A stretch of 64,000 nucleotides of DNA, taken from contig VJWM01000135.1 of assembly GCA_010909165.1 (NCBI GenBank), forward strand, positions 124,001 to 188,000. The letters are read 5' to 3'. This DNA comes from Anthoceros angustus. Its lineage: Eukaryota; Plantae; Anthocerotophyta. The translations under genes were made by a program, and so were the position numbers. The notes under the pieces were generated by a model that was not told where the DNA came from, did not search any database, and saw only the letters and a program-made list of their open reading frames with translations. Position 1 is the stretch's first letter, and every line of letters begins with the position of its first letter. Positions 49,860-63,500 of this stretch are shown in pieces.

Positions 49860-52800
49860 TGGCTTAGACTTGATATCTAGTATCCCTAAACTCTTCATGT
49901 GCTTGCTATGTAAATCACGACCTAATAACTTGGTTAATATATCGGCGGATTTTCCGAGTTTGGATGTAATTTATGTCTATTGTTTTGTTTTCTAGCATTT
50001 CACGAATGTAGTGGTATTCAATTGCTATGTGCTTTGTTGGAGTGGAAGACGGGATTTCTAGCTAAGGCTATGGCCCCTTGACTATCACTGAACAAAGGTG
50101 TGGGATTATGTTGGGGGTGACCAAGTTCGCCCAAAGCTAACCTACACCAAACTATATCTTTTGAGACTGAGGTTAGGACTCTATACTCAGACTCAGTGGA
50201 TGACAAAGCAATTGTAGGTTGTTTCTTACTTGACCAAGAGATTGGAGCACCTCCCAATAGTAGAACATAGCCAGATACAGATTTACGGGTGTCTGGATCA
50301 CCGGCATAGTCAGCATCAGCATATGCTGTTAGGATTAAATTGGGTATGCCGGGTTTGTACTTGTAAGTCAATCCAATGTGCATAGTTCCTTTGAGGTATC
50401 TGAAGATACGTTTGACTGATAGCCAGTGTTCCCTTCCAGGGTTCTCTAGGAACTGTGAACATGCACTAACTTCAAAAGAAATGTCTGGTCTAGTGAAGTT
50501 ACTTAAGTAAATCAAAGTGCCAACAGCATGTCTATATGGTACTGCTGACATTTCATGCTTCTCCGTATCTGTTTTAGGGCTCATATCTGAGGTGAGCCTA
50601 ATGCCACTAGCAAAGGGGTAGTGGCGGTTTGGCTTCTTCTAATCCAAATTTTGTTAAACTCTCTTTAATATACTTAGTCCGAACTAAGCTTAGAGTTTTG
50701 TTGCCTCTATCCTCGATGATATTAACGCCAAGGGCATAAGTCATCTCCGAGATCATCTCAAAATGACTTCTAACCATGCCTTGATTTCACTAGGAGGGAT
50801 AAGGAAGATGAGGCCATAAACAAGTCGTCGACATAAAGTAGAAGGTAAATTATATCACTTCGATTTCAATATGTACATGCTAGCATCGGCTTTGCTTCGC
50901 TTTGAAGCCACGATTAACTAGCTTGACATGTATGACATTCCATTCTTTGCTCGATTGCTTGCCATAAATGCACTTAATAAGTTTGCACACCCAATCTTCC
51001 TTTCCTTGACCTCATAGCCTCAGTCTCATATAGATTTCCTCTTGTAGACGTCCATGTAAGCTGTCTTGACATCCATCATGTGGAGGTGAAGGTCATGTTG
51101 TGTGGTTAAGGCTAAGATCATTCTTAGGGAGGCAAACTTGGCAACCGGTGCATAAGTGGCATGGGGTAGATAATCTAAACTGTGGATCCGGTAAACCCTC
51201 TAGCCACTAATCGTGCCTTGTATCTCTCAATGGAACCATCACCCTTTCGTTTGATTTTGAATACCCACTTGCTAGTCACTATTTTTCCGCCTTAGGTGGT
51301 TTCACCAATTCCCATGTCGAGTTTTAACTAATGAGTTATACTCGAATCTCGCTACTTTCCACAAGTCTTTCTCGGAGAGGAAAATGCTTGTTTCAAGGTC
51401 GAGGTTCTTGGGATCAACAGTGGCTTTATAGCGTGAAAAGGGAGAAGGGAGAAATAGGATCATCAAAGGTAGCAAGGTATCCTGTGGGTGGTTCTTTCCA
51501 TCCTGCAGTCCCAAATAATGGGTCTAGTTCTCGGGTTGTACCTTGGTGCAGTTGTTCATCATCAACGGCGACCTCTTCATGGTCGTATATAGGAGAAGCG
51601 AGCTCATCTTGACGATAATCATCCTCAAGAGGTTCTTGATGTCCTCTCAGATCGGGATGTCCTCAAGGTGTTGAGGTTCTTGGGATCCGAGTCGAGGTCG
51701 ACGAGGGCGTCGAGGGATGTGTAGCTCCTTCTCCTCCTGCAGTATAGGTGCAACAATAGGAACAGGAGCAGGGACAGGATGTTGAGTTATGAAATCATGA
51801 TCATCAAAAGATGAATAGTCTATGTTCTCATGAGGAAGAACATCATGAGTAGTATCTGCAGGAGCTCCCACTAAAGGTGAAAGTATGTGAGACTCATTAA
51901 AATTGACACTCCTAGCATATAAAAGCTTCCTGGTAGCTGGATCAAATAGTTTGTATCCTTTGATGCCTTCTGTGTAGCAAATGAAAGTGTACTTGGCTGC
52001 CTTAGGATCTAGCTTCTTTCATTGTGCTTTAGGTATAAATACATAAGCAGGAGATCCAAAAACTCGAAGATGGTCGATTGAAGGCTTCCTACCAGTAAAT
52101 GCTTCATAAGGTGTCATACCTTGGACTACAGATGTCGGCAGTCTATTGATGAGATAGGTTGCTGTAAGGATGGCCTCTGCCCAATAAGTCTTGGATAATC
52201 TAGCTTGGGAGAGCAAGCAACCTATTATCTCCTGAAGGTGTAAGTTCTTATTCTCTACTACGCCGTTTTGCCGAGGTGTGTGTACAACTGTGGGTTGTTG
52301 AGCTATGCCTGCAGCTCGACAGAAGTCAGCAAATTCATGAGATGTAAACTCTCCTCCATTATCGGAACGGAGGGTCTTGAGTTTCCTGTCTGAAGTCTCT
52401 CGCCCACATCATGTAGTCCTTGAAAACTGAAAGGCTTGGCTTTTGTGTTTCAGGATGTATGTGAGGACAAAACGAGAATAATCATCTATGAATGTTAGGA
52501 AATATCTGCAACCTGTAAAGGATGGTGCAGAAATGGGGTCGCAAATGTCTATGTGGACCAACTCAAGGGGTGCTTTTGCCCTCTGGGGAGAGTTGTTGTG
52601 GAAGGGAGCCTAATGCCTTTTGGTGACGCAGGCTTCTCACCAGGATAAGGGTTTTATCTTAGATAGGGAAGGTGTTCTATAAAAATTTCCCTTAGACATT
52701 TGGATGAGTTTTTGGCTATTAGGATGACCTAGACGGCAATGCCAAAGTGTGGTGTTGGAGGAGGTGGCGGTGTGGGTGGCTACATTCATGCTATGTAAGG

Positions 52801-54110
52801 GACCCACTTGGACGTTTGTATAGGCCGTCCTCTAGTGCCGAGCGTATAGTATGTGACTTACTTGTGAGATGAGAAATAAGACAACTATCTGCATGAAGAA
52901 TGACTTGCATGCTATGTTCGGAACATAAGCTAGCGGCAGACACTAGATTTTTACACATGGATGGTACGTGAAGGACATGGGAAAGAGAGAGAACTTGGCC
53001 TGAAGAACATCTGAGAACAACTGAACCTACACCAGAGATGGGGAGGTTGTGATCATCGCCCAGTAGGACAGTCTGGTGTCCTGTGGCTGGCGAATAAGAC
53101 TCAAAAGAGTTTTTGTTGTGACAGATATGTGATGTAGCTCCACTGTCTAAATACCAATATTGGTTTGATGGCTTTGATGATGCCATGCAGACAGTGAGAG
53201 CTGCCGGTGTTGTGGAAGATTGTTTCTTCACTACAACATGCTCCAGAGGCGGCCTCCTTCCTAGGCTCGCCATTCTTCTTTTTCTTGCAGTCCTTCTCCA
53301 TATGGTTCGGAATTCTGCACCAATTACAAATAACTCCAGTCTTCTTATTACCTCTTGCAGGTGCTGAAGAAGACGAGGATTCACCGCCGAGTGAATATTG
53401 GTTGGGATTGGGTCGTGAAGAAACAGGTCCTCTGCCGCGACCTCGGCCTCGACCTCTTCCTCTATCCCTTCCAATGAACATCACCTGCTGTCTGGTTGAT
53501 CTGGAATCATGTCGACGACTTTGGTCCTCCTGTATGATTGCTCCAATCAATTCGGTGACGCTTAAATCCAAGTCGGCATCACCAGAGGCTTCATGATTTT
53601 TCTGAGCAGTTCGGAGAACTGCATTTTGAGTAGTCACGAAAGCCCTGTAGGAGGGTGGTAGAGAGGCGAGAAGAGTCATAAAGCAGGATTGTTCGGTCAA
53701 CTTGGTGCCGGATGCTGCTTCAAGGTTGGACTTGGCGATTCGAAAAATGCTGATATGATTATCAATGGAGTCATTCTCTCTCATCTTGAGATTATGAAAA
53801 TTGCGGGTGGCGACAACAAGCTCATTACATCCTTAGATGAATATAACTGGGCAAGGCGGTCCCACATGTCCTTGGAGGAATCGGCTTCAGAAACTTGGCG
53901 AACCATGGATTCAGTAAGTCCACTCACTAGAATATCTTGGGCCTTCTGATCCTTATTGTCCCATTCTTCTTTAGAGTCGATTCCCCACATGGGACGATCA
54001 TTGGAACCACTTACTATATCCCATAGTTCACGCTGCCGCAGCACTCCTTTCATGCGAATATTCCAGACATCATATCCTTTTCCATTGAATCTATCCTTGA
54101 AGGTGTGAAA
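49860..54110 (-). mobile_element. Ty1/Copia retrotransposon C internal region (gag-pol, degenerate)
   Basis: Gag MKGVLRQRELWDIVSG, CNWCRIPNHMEKDC, WYLDSGATSHIC, YWAEAILTATYLINR, LLYVDD, YADADYAGD, RNPVFHS. Confidence 0.92.
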
Positions 54111-54129
54111 TTGAGGGCTTGGAGCCTGT

Positions 54130-55578
54130 CTATAGCTCGTACGGGGTTTGGCCTTGGATGGAGCGAGAGGGAAGCCTGTTCCTTAGGTATATGGCTGTAG
54201 CTATGGCCTCAGCCCAATTACCTTTGTTCAGGCCTGCATGTCTCATCATAGCTTGGGCCATTCTTTGTAAGGTTTGATTTAGTCTTTCTGCTACCCCATT
54301 CTGTTGGGGTGTATAGGCTTCTGTGTACTGACGTACGATTCCATTCTCTTAGCATAAGGTGTCAAACTGTTCAGAAATAAAATCTCCGCCATTGTCGGAG
54401 CGGAGGCAGCGGAGTTTACAGTCTTTTTGTATCTCCATAGTGACAACCAATTTTGAAAAGTATCAAAGGTATGACTTTTGAGCATCAATGTGTAGGTGAA
54501 ACACATTTTGGAAAAGAGGTGTGGTCATAGGACCACATAGATCCGAGTAAACCAATTTAAGCAGTGAATTGTTATCATCTGACTGATGATTGGGGTACAC
54601 ATCTTGGCGCTTGTTTGCCAAGACACATGTCTCACAGAAGGGTGCTTTGGGTAGCTTTTCAATATCGTCAAGGTAGAGGTCACTATTAGCAACCTATCCT
54701 AGCCGATTATCACTCAACTGACCAAGGCGAATGTGCCATTTCAATGCTTCATTCACTTGAATGATTCTGGGCCACAAACATAGCAATGTTTGGCTGTGGA
54801 TTCTTGAAAGATTCAGCATCTAATTTATATATGTCTTGTATAGGGTAGTTGTGGACAAGGAGAGAACTGTGGACTTCCCCTGAGGAAGGTAATAGGCAGA
54901 TTTTTTTGGTTTTCTTTAGTGTGTGTGTAGAAAAAAAGTTCAAGGGCTTATAAGGATTATGCATTTGCATGCAAGCTCTCCCAAGCTCAAGGTTAGTTAT
55001 TGTTCTCACAAGTTCAAGGCTGAGGATTATCCATTTGCATGCAAGTTCTCCCAAGTTTTAAGATAAATATTGCGTGAAAAGACTTCCCTCTGGCAACCAA
55101 TTGCCTACGTCGTGGGACATTATAAAACTCTTCAACATGGGGACATTATAAAACTCTTCAACATGGCTCTAATACTACACTATGAAAAGAGTTGAGGCTC
55201 TATTAAGAAGGAACATAACACTCCCATACAATATGGGTTATATGCACCAGGCACACCGGATACAAGCATACAAGCATACAAGAACACTCACTCGCCTTCA
55301 CCACCCACATGTAGATGGGCTTGGCCTTATATAGTCCTAGCCTTGAATCCTATTGGTCACTTGACCTTGAATCCTACTGGTCACTTAACTTGCCCTTTAC
55401 TGTTGGGCTTTCTAGAAGATACTTTGTAGAAGATATGTTCTAGCCTTTAGTGATACTTTCTAGAATATATGTTCTAGAAGATGCTTTCACGACTTTCTAG
55501 AGAAAGTATACAAGTTTGTTACTTTTATGGCACTCTTCACAACATATTTTGATATGTTATAATAAATCATTTCTAACA
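54130..55578 (-). mobile_element. Internally deleted Copia D remnant: integrase fragment, degenerate PBS and 5' LTR-like segment (~55180-55578)
   Basis: LRSDNGGDF/TPQQNGVAERLNQTL at 54270-54410; PBS-like ggctctaatacta at ~55165; TATA at ~55325; ends in ...aaca at 55578. Confidence 0.65.
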
Positions 55579-55786
55579 TTTCCATCTTCAATTCCCTTTG
55601 TCGTAAGTCCTCATCCTCAGGTCCTTTTGTCGCACATGTACGGGGTCCTGAAGGCCTAGGATCCTCCTTCGCTCACAACGATTGCCCATCCTCCTCGGCT
55701 CACAAGCATTGTCCATCTTCCTTCCTGACGACGATTGTCCATCCTCTTTCGCTCACAACGATTGTCCATGTCCTAGCTGCGGCATC

Positions 55787-57152
55787 ATGGGGGCCCCGCT
55801 ACACCAGCTCGAACATCGATTTGTGCAGCTCGCAGCTGGCACCAACATCCACATAGCCGAACAGGGCTCCGGTGAGCACCGATTGTTGGTGCAAGCACAT
55901 CATGCCGTCCTTGTGTAACCGCTGGGTAGCCAAGTTGTGAGAACTGACCGACTGCACGCAGGCCCCGTGGTGCTGCTGCTTCATGGATTCCCAGAAATTT
56001 GGTATTCCTGGAGGCACCAGCTCAAGGCCTTGGCCGAGGCAGGCTTCCATGCAGTTGCACCAGATCTCCGTGGCTTCGGGCTCACTGGGAACCCGTACGG
56101 TAGTGGCAAGCTATCCAGGATTGAGGTTGTTGGTGACCTGGTTGGCCTCATACTGGCTCTCGGTCAGGAGCAGGTAAGGGACTGCGAGGGACGGGTCTTT
56201 TCCTTCACCCCCGTTACAGAAGTGTGTGATGCTCCAACGTCATGAAGCTTAGGCTGACCCTGCTGTTGCGATGAATTCCGCAGGTTTATCTGGCCGGTCA
56301 CGATATCGGAGGGGTTATAGGATACACTTTGTGCCTACTCAGACCGGATTTGGTGAAAGGATATGTCGCACTTGGCGTTCCGTATTTCGGCAGGGGGACT
56401 ATTGGGACGGCTCTTTCTGACATACCGGAAGGCTTTTATGTCGCGCGCTTTTCGGTGCCTCTCCTCTTCTTGCCAGTGCTTGCAAATTCATTTGCAAGCA
56501 AGCAATTGTTTTCCTCTCAGGGTTGTAATTGGAATTCTTTGCCCGGCCTTCGTCTTGTGCAGCAAGAGGGGAGGGCGGAGGCTGACTTTGCACGATTTGA
56601 CGTGAGGACAGTGTTCACCAACATTTACAAGCTCTTCTGCAGATCTGAGTTCCAGGTAGCCTCGGAAGGGGAGGAGATCATGGATATCGTCAAGCCTTCC
56701 GACAAGATTCCACCTTTCCTGTCAGATGAAGACATCGATATTTACGTCCAGCTGTATGAAAAGTCTGGATTCTCCGATCCTATCCGCCTGACCTACATCA
56801 ACCTTGACAGGTGTGCAAGATGAGACATGCGCTTAAGTGAGCTCAGGCTTTCGAGACTGGAGTGTAGTCTTGTTTTCTGTTGAGTTTTGACCTTAATCGT
56901 TGTTGCAGAAACTGGGAGCTTGAAGCTGCGTTGGAGGGCCTGACTGTTAAACCCCCGCTGTTGTACATAGAAGGAGAGACAGACTACGCGAACAAAATAT
57001 TTGGGCCTATGGACTCTGAGCGTCTACTGAAGGACGCCCCTAACCTGCAAGGCTTTGTCAGGGTTCCAGCTGGCCATTTCATGCAAGAGCAGGAGCCTGA
57101 GCTAGTGAATAAGCTTCTTGTGGAGTTTTTCAAAAAGCTCGATAGTGTTTGA
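55787..57152 (+). CDS. Soluble epoxide hydrolase (alpha/beta hydrolase, plant EH2-like), 5 exons: 55787-55871, 55962-56173, 56284-56454, 56563-56810, 56909-57152
   Basis: LLLHGFPEIWYSWRHQ, APDLRGFG, nucleophile GHDIG, IPEGFYVARF, GRAEADFARFD, GETD, catalytic GHFMQEQ; GT-AG introns in frame. Confidence 0.93.
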
Positions 57153-58319
57153 AAATCATGAACATGGTAAGAGAGATTGTGTGTGCTGCTGCTGATGAAA
57201 AATGGTTTTTGCAACGCATTCAAAACTAAATTCGCTAAACTCACCCGACCGCGGACAGAACTACGTCTCCTAATGCGATGAAGTGCAGAAGGGGTGTCAT
57301 AAGGTTCGCATAACGAAATATCGGTTGTCCCCGCGACTCGAACTGTAGACTGCGGGGTTCCCAGAGTGAACTGGGCTCCCCCACGATTTCATGTCCTGAA
57401 GGCAAATCTATTATTACATAAATCCTGGGCTAAAGCGATGAAGTGACTGTGAAAAGACTGTCTACATGAGGACTGGCCACAGCTTCTCAGACCCTCTAGA
57501 AGATAAGTGACTTGACTGCCTCCCTCATGATGCAGGAGATGTGGATACTGACGGTAACAACCTACTGACGGTAACAACAAACTTGGATACAGCTCCTGTA
57601 GCTTCGATGATGCACACTAGGACAACCAACTGAACACAATTATCACGATGCTGATCACAAAAGGGCCACTGCTGTAGGGTGAGGAAAAACGGGGAAGTCC
57701 CAAGATGCTCAGCAACTGTCCAGCAAACAACGGTTCGCACAACTTTCGACACGTACACTCAGGCAAGGCATCACACAATGACAGCCCTTCGCACACATGC
57801 ATATCATGAAATGAAGTCGGAGCCAGACAATGCTTCCCGCTTAGACTTGGCAGGGGACCCCACTACTCTTATACATTTTCCAGCCAGCCTTGGCTGATCC
57901 TTCAGCTTGGCGGAGGCATACCTCCGCCACTCAATCCTCTATCAAGATAACATCCTCCGCTCTAACAGCTCCCTTGGCTAAACAAGGAAAGTACTTTGCT
58001 GGCAATGCCTTCTGGCGGGAAAGAGCAGTGCGCACACACCCTTTCACACATGACCAAAAAACCCTTGGCCTAACAACAAGAACAGTTTATTTCCTATTTC
58101 CAAGACCAGGACGATAACCAGGAAAATGCCAAGAGCTGGCAAAACCTTGCCTGGTCATCAGTCATTTGCATATGACCGGTTGGCGATGTGCTCATGTACC
58201 ACCTGCAACGACAGAGTTCGGAAATCAGCGTGGGCTGGGGGCTTAATCTGATGGAAAAAGATGGCGTACCATATCCTCAGCTGATGCTACAGGTGGCACA
58301 TAGAGGTATGATCTTCCTG

Positions 58320-59042
58320 CCAATGCTGCTTGACGAATTATTTCAATATCACTGCAGCTAAGTGGGACAGTTATGGATCCAATGTCGCGCAAGTGAGCAC
58401 TCCCTACGGCTTGGAACAGTCGCCTGAGCATTCCCTACCGGCTTGGTACACTCCCCCAGACAGACAGCACATTCACATCACACAGAAAAACCAAACAGGA
58501 ATATCAGCTCAGGAAAGCGGATTTGTACATCAACAATGCTCTGGAAGCAGTGGTGATTTTCGTGACCAAGCTTGAGCGTAAACCAGTAGTCGGACGCGAT
58601 GGAGGAGGCCTACCCGGTGGCCTTGTGCTCCATCGAGATGGCTCCCCTGGACTCCCAACGCTGTCTCATCGCCTCCAGGTGACCATGAAACGAGCCCGGA
58701 TGGATGTCCACCTTGCTGGTAGCGCTATGGAACCTGGTCGCCATCTCCACCTCGATAGCAGCCGCTTTCGGGATCACGCCCGACACCATTGCCCTAGTCT
58801 GTGCTCTCAAGCTCCTAACCAGCCTTGTATTCCGATTATTTTCAAGAGATTTAAGAAAACAAAGGCATGGAACTGGAGGCATGGCGTTCCATGATGGCAG
58901 CGCCGCATGGTCTCACTTCGGGTTTTTCCGACATTCCTTTTCCGGCTTCCTCACGGCTCGTGACGTGGCCCTGCCATGGCACGAGCCAAGTTCCAACATT
59001 AGATACGTGATTTCGGAATCTCCTTGGGATATCGATGTGTAG
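58320..59042 (+). pseudogene. Decayed paralogue of the orphan membrane protein at 12288-13364
   Basis: Shared NITAA; LYINNA vs LYLYNA; DAMEEAYPVALCSIEMA vs DAMEAYLVALCSIQLA; frameshifts. Confidence 0.65.
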
Positions 59043-59506
59043 GCATCGACGTGGAGGCCGGTGCGAAGACTGTACATGTACGGATATACATACGTAGACG
59101 AAGCGACGCATTGGCCACTTGGCCACGTGCGGGACTGTGGTGGGCAGAGAGGCGAAGGAACAATCCTTAGTCCCTCCACAGGCTGTGATGAGTCGTGACT
59201 TGTCATCTCTCCTTCCTCCTCGCACTGGCACCGGTAGTGGCAGGAGCATGCATTGTTGGGAGTTCCTCAGAATGGACGCCTCTTTCTCTAACAATTGACA
59301 AATTGGGAGCTGCAATCTGCTGGTGCGTCATCCCAGGTGTGGATCCACAACAGCGCTCCGCAGGGTCACACCTGAATTGCGAATTCCGATTGAGACGAGG
59401 AGACGAGGACGGGGCTGGCAGCTGCAGCTGGCTGGTGGCAGAATTGCCGTTGATTTTTCCCTTGGTGTGTGAGATCTGGTGGAGAAGGTGCGTGGCAGGC
59501 AGCGCT

Positions 59507-60359
59507 ATGGCAGACGAGCATGCTCCCACTCCGACTCCGACTCCGACCCCGACCCCGACCCCGACTCGGATACTGTTGGCAGTGAATAAGTCGCACGAGG
59601 GATATCCTCTGCCCGCCATAAGCAGCGAGCATGCGTTCCAGTGGGTGCTGGACAAGCTCATTCCCAAGGGCTGCGCTCAGCACTACAAGCTCCTGATTCT
59701 GCACGTCCTGGTGAACGATGAGGATGGTGAGTTGAAACAGGAGCTCGCAAGCCCGCGGGCTAGGGTGGCTGTGACTTAATTTACTGTGAATTGATTTTTG
59801 TACCTGCTGCTTTGCTCATCGCCCGACGGTGTACTCCGCAGGCTTCGATGACGTGGATAGTGTTTACGCGACACCAGAGGATTTCCATGCGCACAAGCAA
59901 GCAGAGAAGAATAGAGGGAAACACTTTCTTGAAGAATTCGTCCGAAAATGCAACGAGGCTGAGGTCGGTTCCTCAGTGTTTGCAATGACTGGTCAGGAGA
60001 TTTGCATCCCCGGGCTGACCTTTAGCGGGATTAACCATGTTCCAGGTACCTTGTAGAGCGTGGCTGAAGAAAGGTGATCCTAAAGAGGTTATCAATGCGG
60101 AAATCCGACGAGTGCAGCCAGACATGCTGGTTTTGGGAAGTCGAGGTCTTTCAACACTTCAGCTGTAAGTTTTCCTTTGCCTAGCCTTTGCCTTGCCTCA
60201 CACTTGACTTCACAGGGGAATCACGCACCCATCTGGCTCTTTGTTTGCAGGATGTTTGTCGGCAGTGTCAGCGGGCATTGCTTCAAAACTGCAGAATGTC
60301 CAATTCTGATCGTGAAGCGACCTCACAACCTCGCCCCGGACGATCCAATTGCCGACTAG
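59507..60359 (+). CDS. Universal stress protein A-like (USP), 4 exons: 59507-59726, 59842-59963, 60046-60164, 60251-60359
   Basis: TRILLAVN...GYP..AISSEHAFQW, GFDDVDSVYATPEDF, KKGDPKEVI, LVLGSRG, FVGSVS, AECPILIVKR; in-frame GT-AG introns. Confidence 0.93.
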
Positions 60360-60524
60360 ACACGGTCTGTAAGGAGGCGTTGGGAAAGATTTACTTTGAA
60401 AAAAACTCGTTTTCCTCCTGTTAGCATATATTTGGAGTAAATTTTGTACACGTCCAAAATGGTGTTCATTTTCAAGTAACAAATATCGATGTTTCCCCAT
60501 TCTACTAGCAAAATCAGACCATTA

Positions 60525-63500
60525 TCATTGTGCTAATGCGGACTGCAATGCGATTTTCTCCTTGGAGCAAAGATCCTGCATGAGAGATAATCTATTCTGT
60601 TAGAGTACCTGGCTTAGTAAGACAAAACGAAGAGGAGAGGGAAAGGACAGGAGAGACCCATTCCTCAGGACTATCGAGGCTGTCTACTAGAATCACAACA
60701 AATCCCACGAAGTACCTCGCATAGTGCCTCAAAAGTTCTTCTGTCCCTTTCTGCAAACTGCTTGATGAAGTCTACTAGATATGCTGCCAAATTGATCTGC
60801 ATCCAACCACTCAGATACGTTGATGCACAGACCATACTCACAGAACACATCCCTTAAAATCCATCCATCACAGATCAAGTAGTGAGTGACTACAAAACCA
60901 TCAATCTCCCTAAACCCCAAACCAACCTGCCTTATCCAAAATTTCCGCGCCCACTGGTTGCCTAATGTTGGCACCTGTAGGGCATGTTTGGAATTTGTAG
61001 GGCCCCAGCTGTGAGAGCCCTGTGTAGACTGCTGAACGTAAGTGGAAAACCAGTACAGTCAAGCATTGACCCATCGCCAGGAAAACATCACCTCCAGACT
61101 ACAGGGCATCCTCCTCCTATCCCTACCTCATTAATTGGATCACTGCTCGCATAGGCGTCCTCGATGTCACCAATATCATCACTCTGCAGCAAATGCTGCT
61201 TAGTCAGATTTTCTGGAAAGCCGGCACATAATAAGCAGAACCGAAAGCACACCTGGAGTTCGAGTTACCTCGCGATCCACCAAGTGCTGCACAAACTCCA
61301 GAGGTTGAAATACCGACTTTTCCTGGGTTTGTGACGTGTTCTCCGTTTGTACCAAGTCCAGATCTTCGTCAGATACGACCTCATCCCACTCATCATCCTG
61401 TACATTCCAAACGCGTTGATCATGTCAAGCTTCTCTGCCATCCTCGACTACACTCCTGAAGGGTAAAAGATTTAAGGAATGCATGAACCATAGTTAGAGT
61501 GTGGAGGTATCTCACACTAGCTATGCCAGCTGCACTTTGCTCCTGCATGTCAACAAGCACATCTGCAAGCAAGGAGAGCAGCTGCAAAACCAGATTCGCG
61601 AACTCTTACCACTTCCCATCAACCAAACACAATCACTGCACAAAAAGGACCATCCATATTCAGTAGGAGGAACCTTGGCTGGAAGGGGGACTGAAGTCCA
61701 CTCTGCTGCAGCCTTAGATCTAGACCGGGTTACAATTCCACCTTCCGCTAGCTGCACAGTAACCCCAATAGTTTCTTAGCTCACCAGTCTCCACAACATC
61801 AACACAAAATCTCTTTCCAAAAAACCAAATCCTCTGTTATCTACATTAGAATCAGCTTTTTCTTCAGGAATTTCAGATTGCAGAAGCCTATTGAATGTAA
61901 GTCTTGCCTTTTGTCGCCCTGGGACGTGTATATTAGCAAGCTGTGCATGTCCTGATGATAGTAACAAAGCTAAAGCTACCGTACTGACTTTTATCTTGTA
62001 AGCACCTTGAATATCCCCTGCATACAGATTTCACCTCAGAGAACCTGGCAGATCTATCTCCTCTATTTCACCCAATACAGATTGGAGCAACAGTAAAGCC
62101 CATCTAAGTGAGATTCTGTAAAAGAGTTACCTTGATGCTTCGTCCATTCAGACATAACAAACGCCAGTGAATTGTCAAAGCCTTTAGCAGGAACACTGAC
62201 AAGCAAGTCGATAAATTGCTCCACATTTGGTGCACTCATATGTATCTGCTTCCATGTGACAAGTGTGAACATGAGCCTGCCAACAGATTGAACTAGATGG
62301 CACTGTGTAGCCTTGTCCCCAAGCAGAATTAATGCTTCTCTCTCGCACGTTGGGGCTTACCAGCCTGGCAAATACTAACAGCAATGAGCTCTTCAGGCCC
62401 ACGAGTTGAGCAGTCTCCATACGTGCTACAAGAGCGGAGATCAGCTCCCGAACATGAGGCGCCATTTGAGCAGAGAGGTGCTGTACAAGGGACGTTACCA
62501 AACTTCCAACAAAAAGCGATGCTGAGTTCTCCATCTCTGGATTCAGTAACCTGTCAACCCCACCAAACTTTGAGATTACTAGTAGGTGTCATAGTATCAC
62601 TCCGACACCGGCAGGAACATATGTAAAGCACAGACACCTAGCAGCGGCATCCAAAAGAAGCCTCATGGACCGATCAGCATCCCCACTCCAACCCAGCAAA
62701 GCTTCTCTGCCACCATTGATGAACGCAGCAAGACACTCCGTGGCATTCTGCAGAAATTCCCTGAAATCCCATTAGTCATCAAAAGTTGCCTGCTAGCTCA
62801 GCACGCTTTCCCATCCAAGCAAGTCATCATCACATGCTTAGCCCCTGCAAGTAGATAAAAATGTACTATCATCCATGATCTTTATGAGAAACAAAGAAGC
62901 TGAAGCTCATTACCTGTATCACTGAATGGTCATCGCTAACCACAACAAGATTGCAGATAGCAGGAAATGTTGCATCATGCACAGCCCGGATGATCTCAAG
63001 TGGTGCATCCTGCAGCGAAACGATCATGCATACTTACACGTCTGAGCTTTTGACATGATCCCTTCGGATCATTTCCCACAATGACCAGCTGTCTACACAG
63101 AGAGAACCATCTGAAGCACCCTGCCTAACAGTGGAGTGCTGGGTGCAGAGTCAAGAAACAAGGCACGGCTGTTCATACCTTCAAAAGCATTGTTATCAAG
63201 TCCAATGCTCCTGCTACCAAGCCTTCGGATGAAGGTCGGGGCTGTCCCGGAATTCAAACACAAGGTGAGTAAATACTACAACCACAGCACAATATGGGGG
63301 CAGACCATGGCATGGAAGCAGGAAGAGAATGGGAAGCAACCCACATTGGCCAGAACGGGAGACAGGACAAGCAATGCACGATGTGTCAGAGGCTCCCGAC
63401 ATCCAGGAACTTGACTAATACCCTGAATTCACAACAATGAACTTCAGTCTGTCTTCAAATGATTAAGCAATACGCTGAGAAGACATTTCAATGGCCAGAC

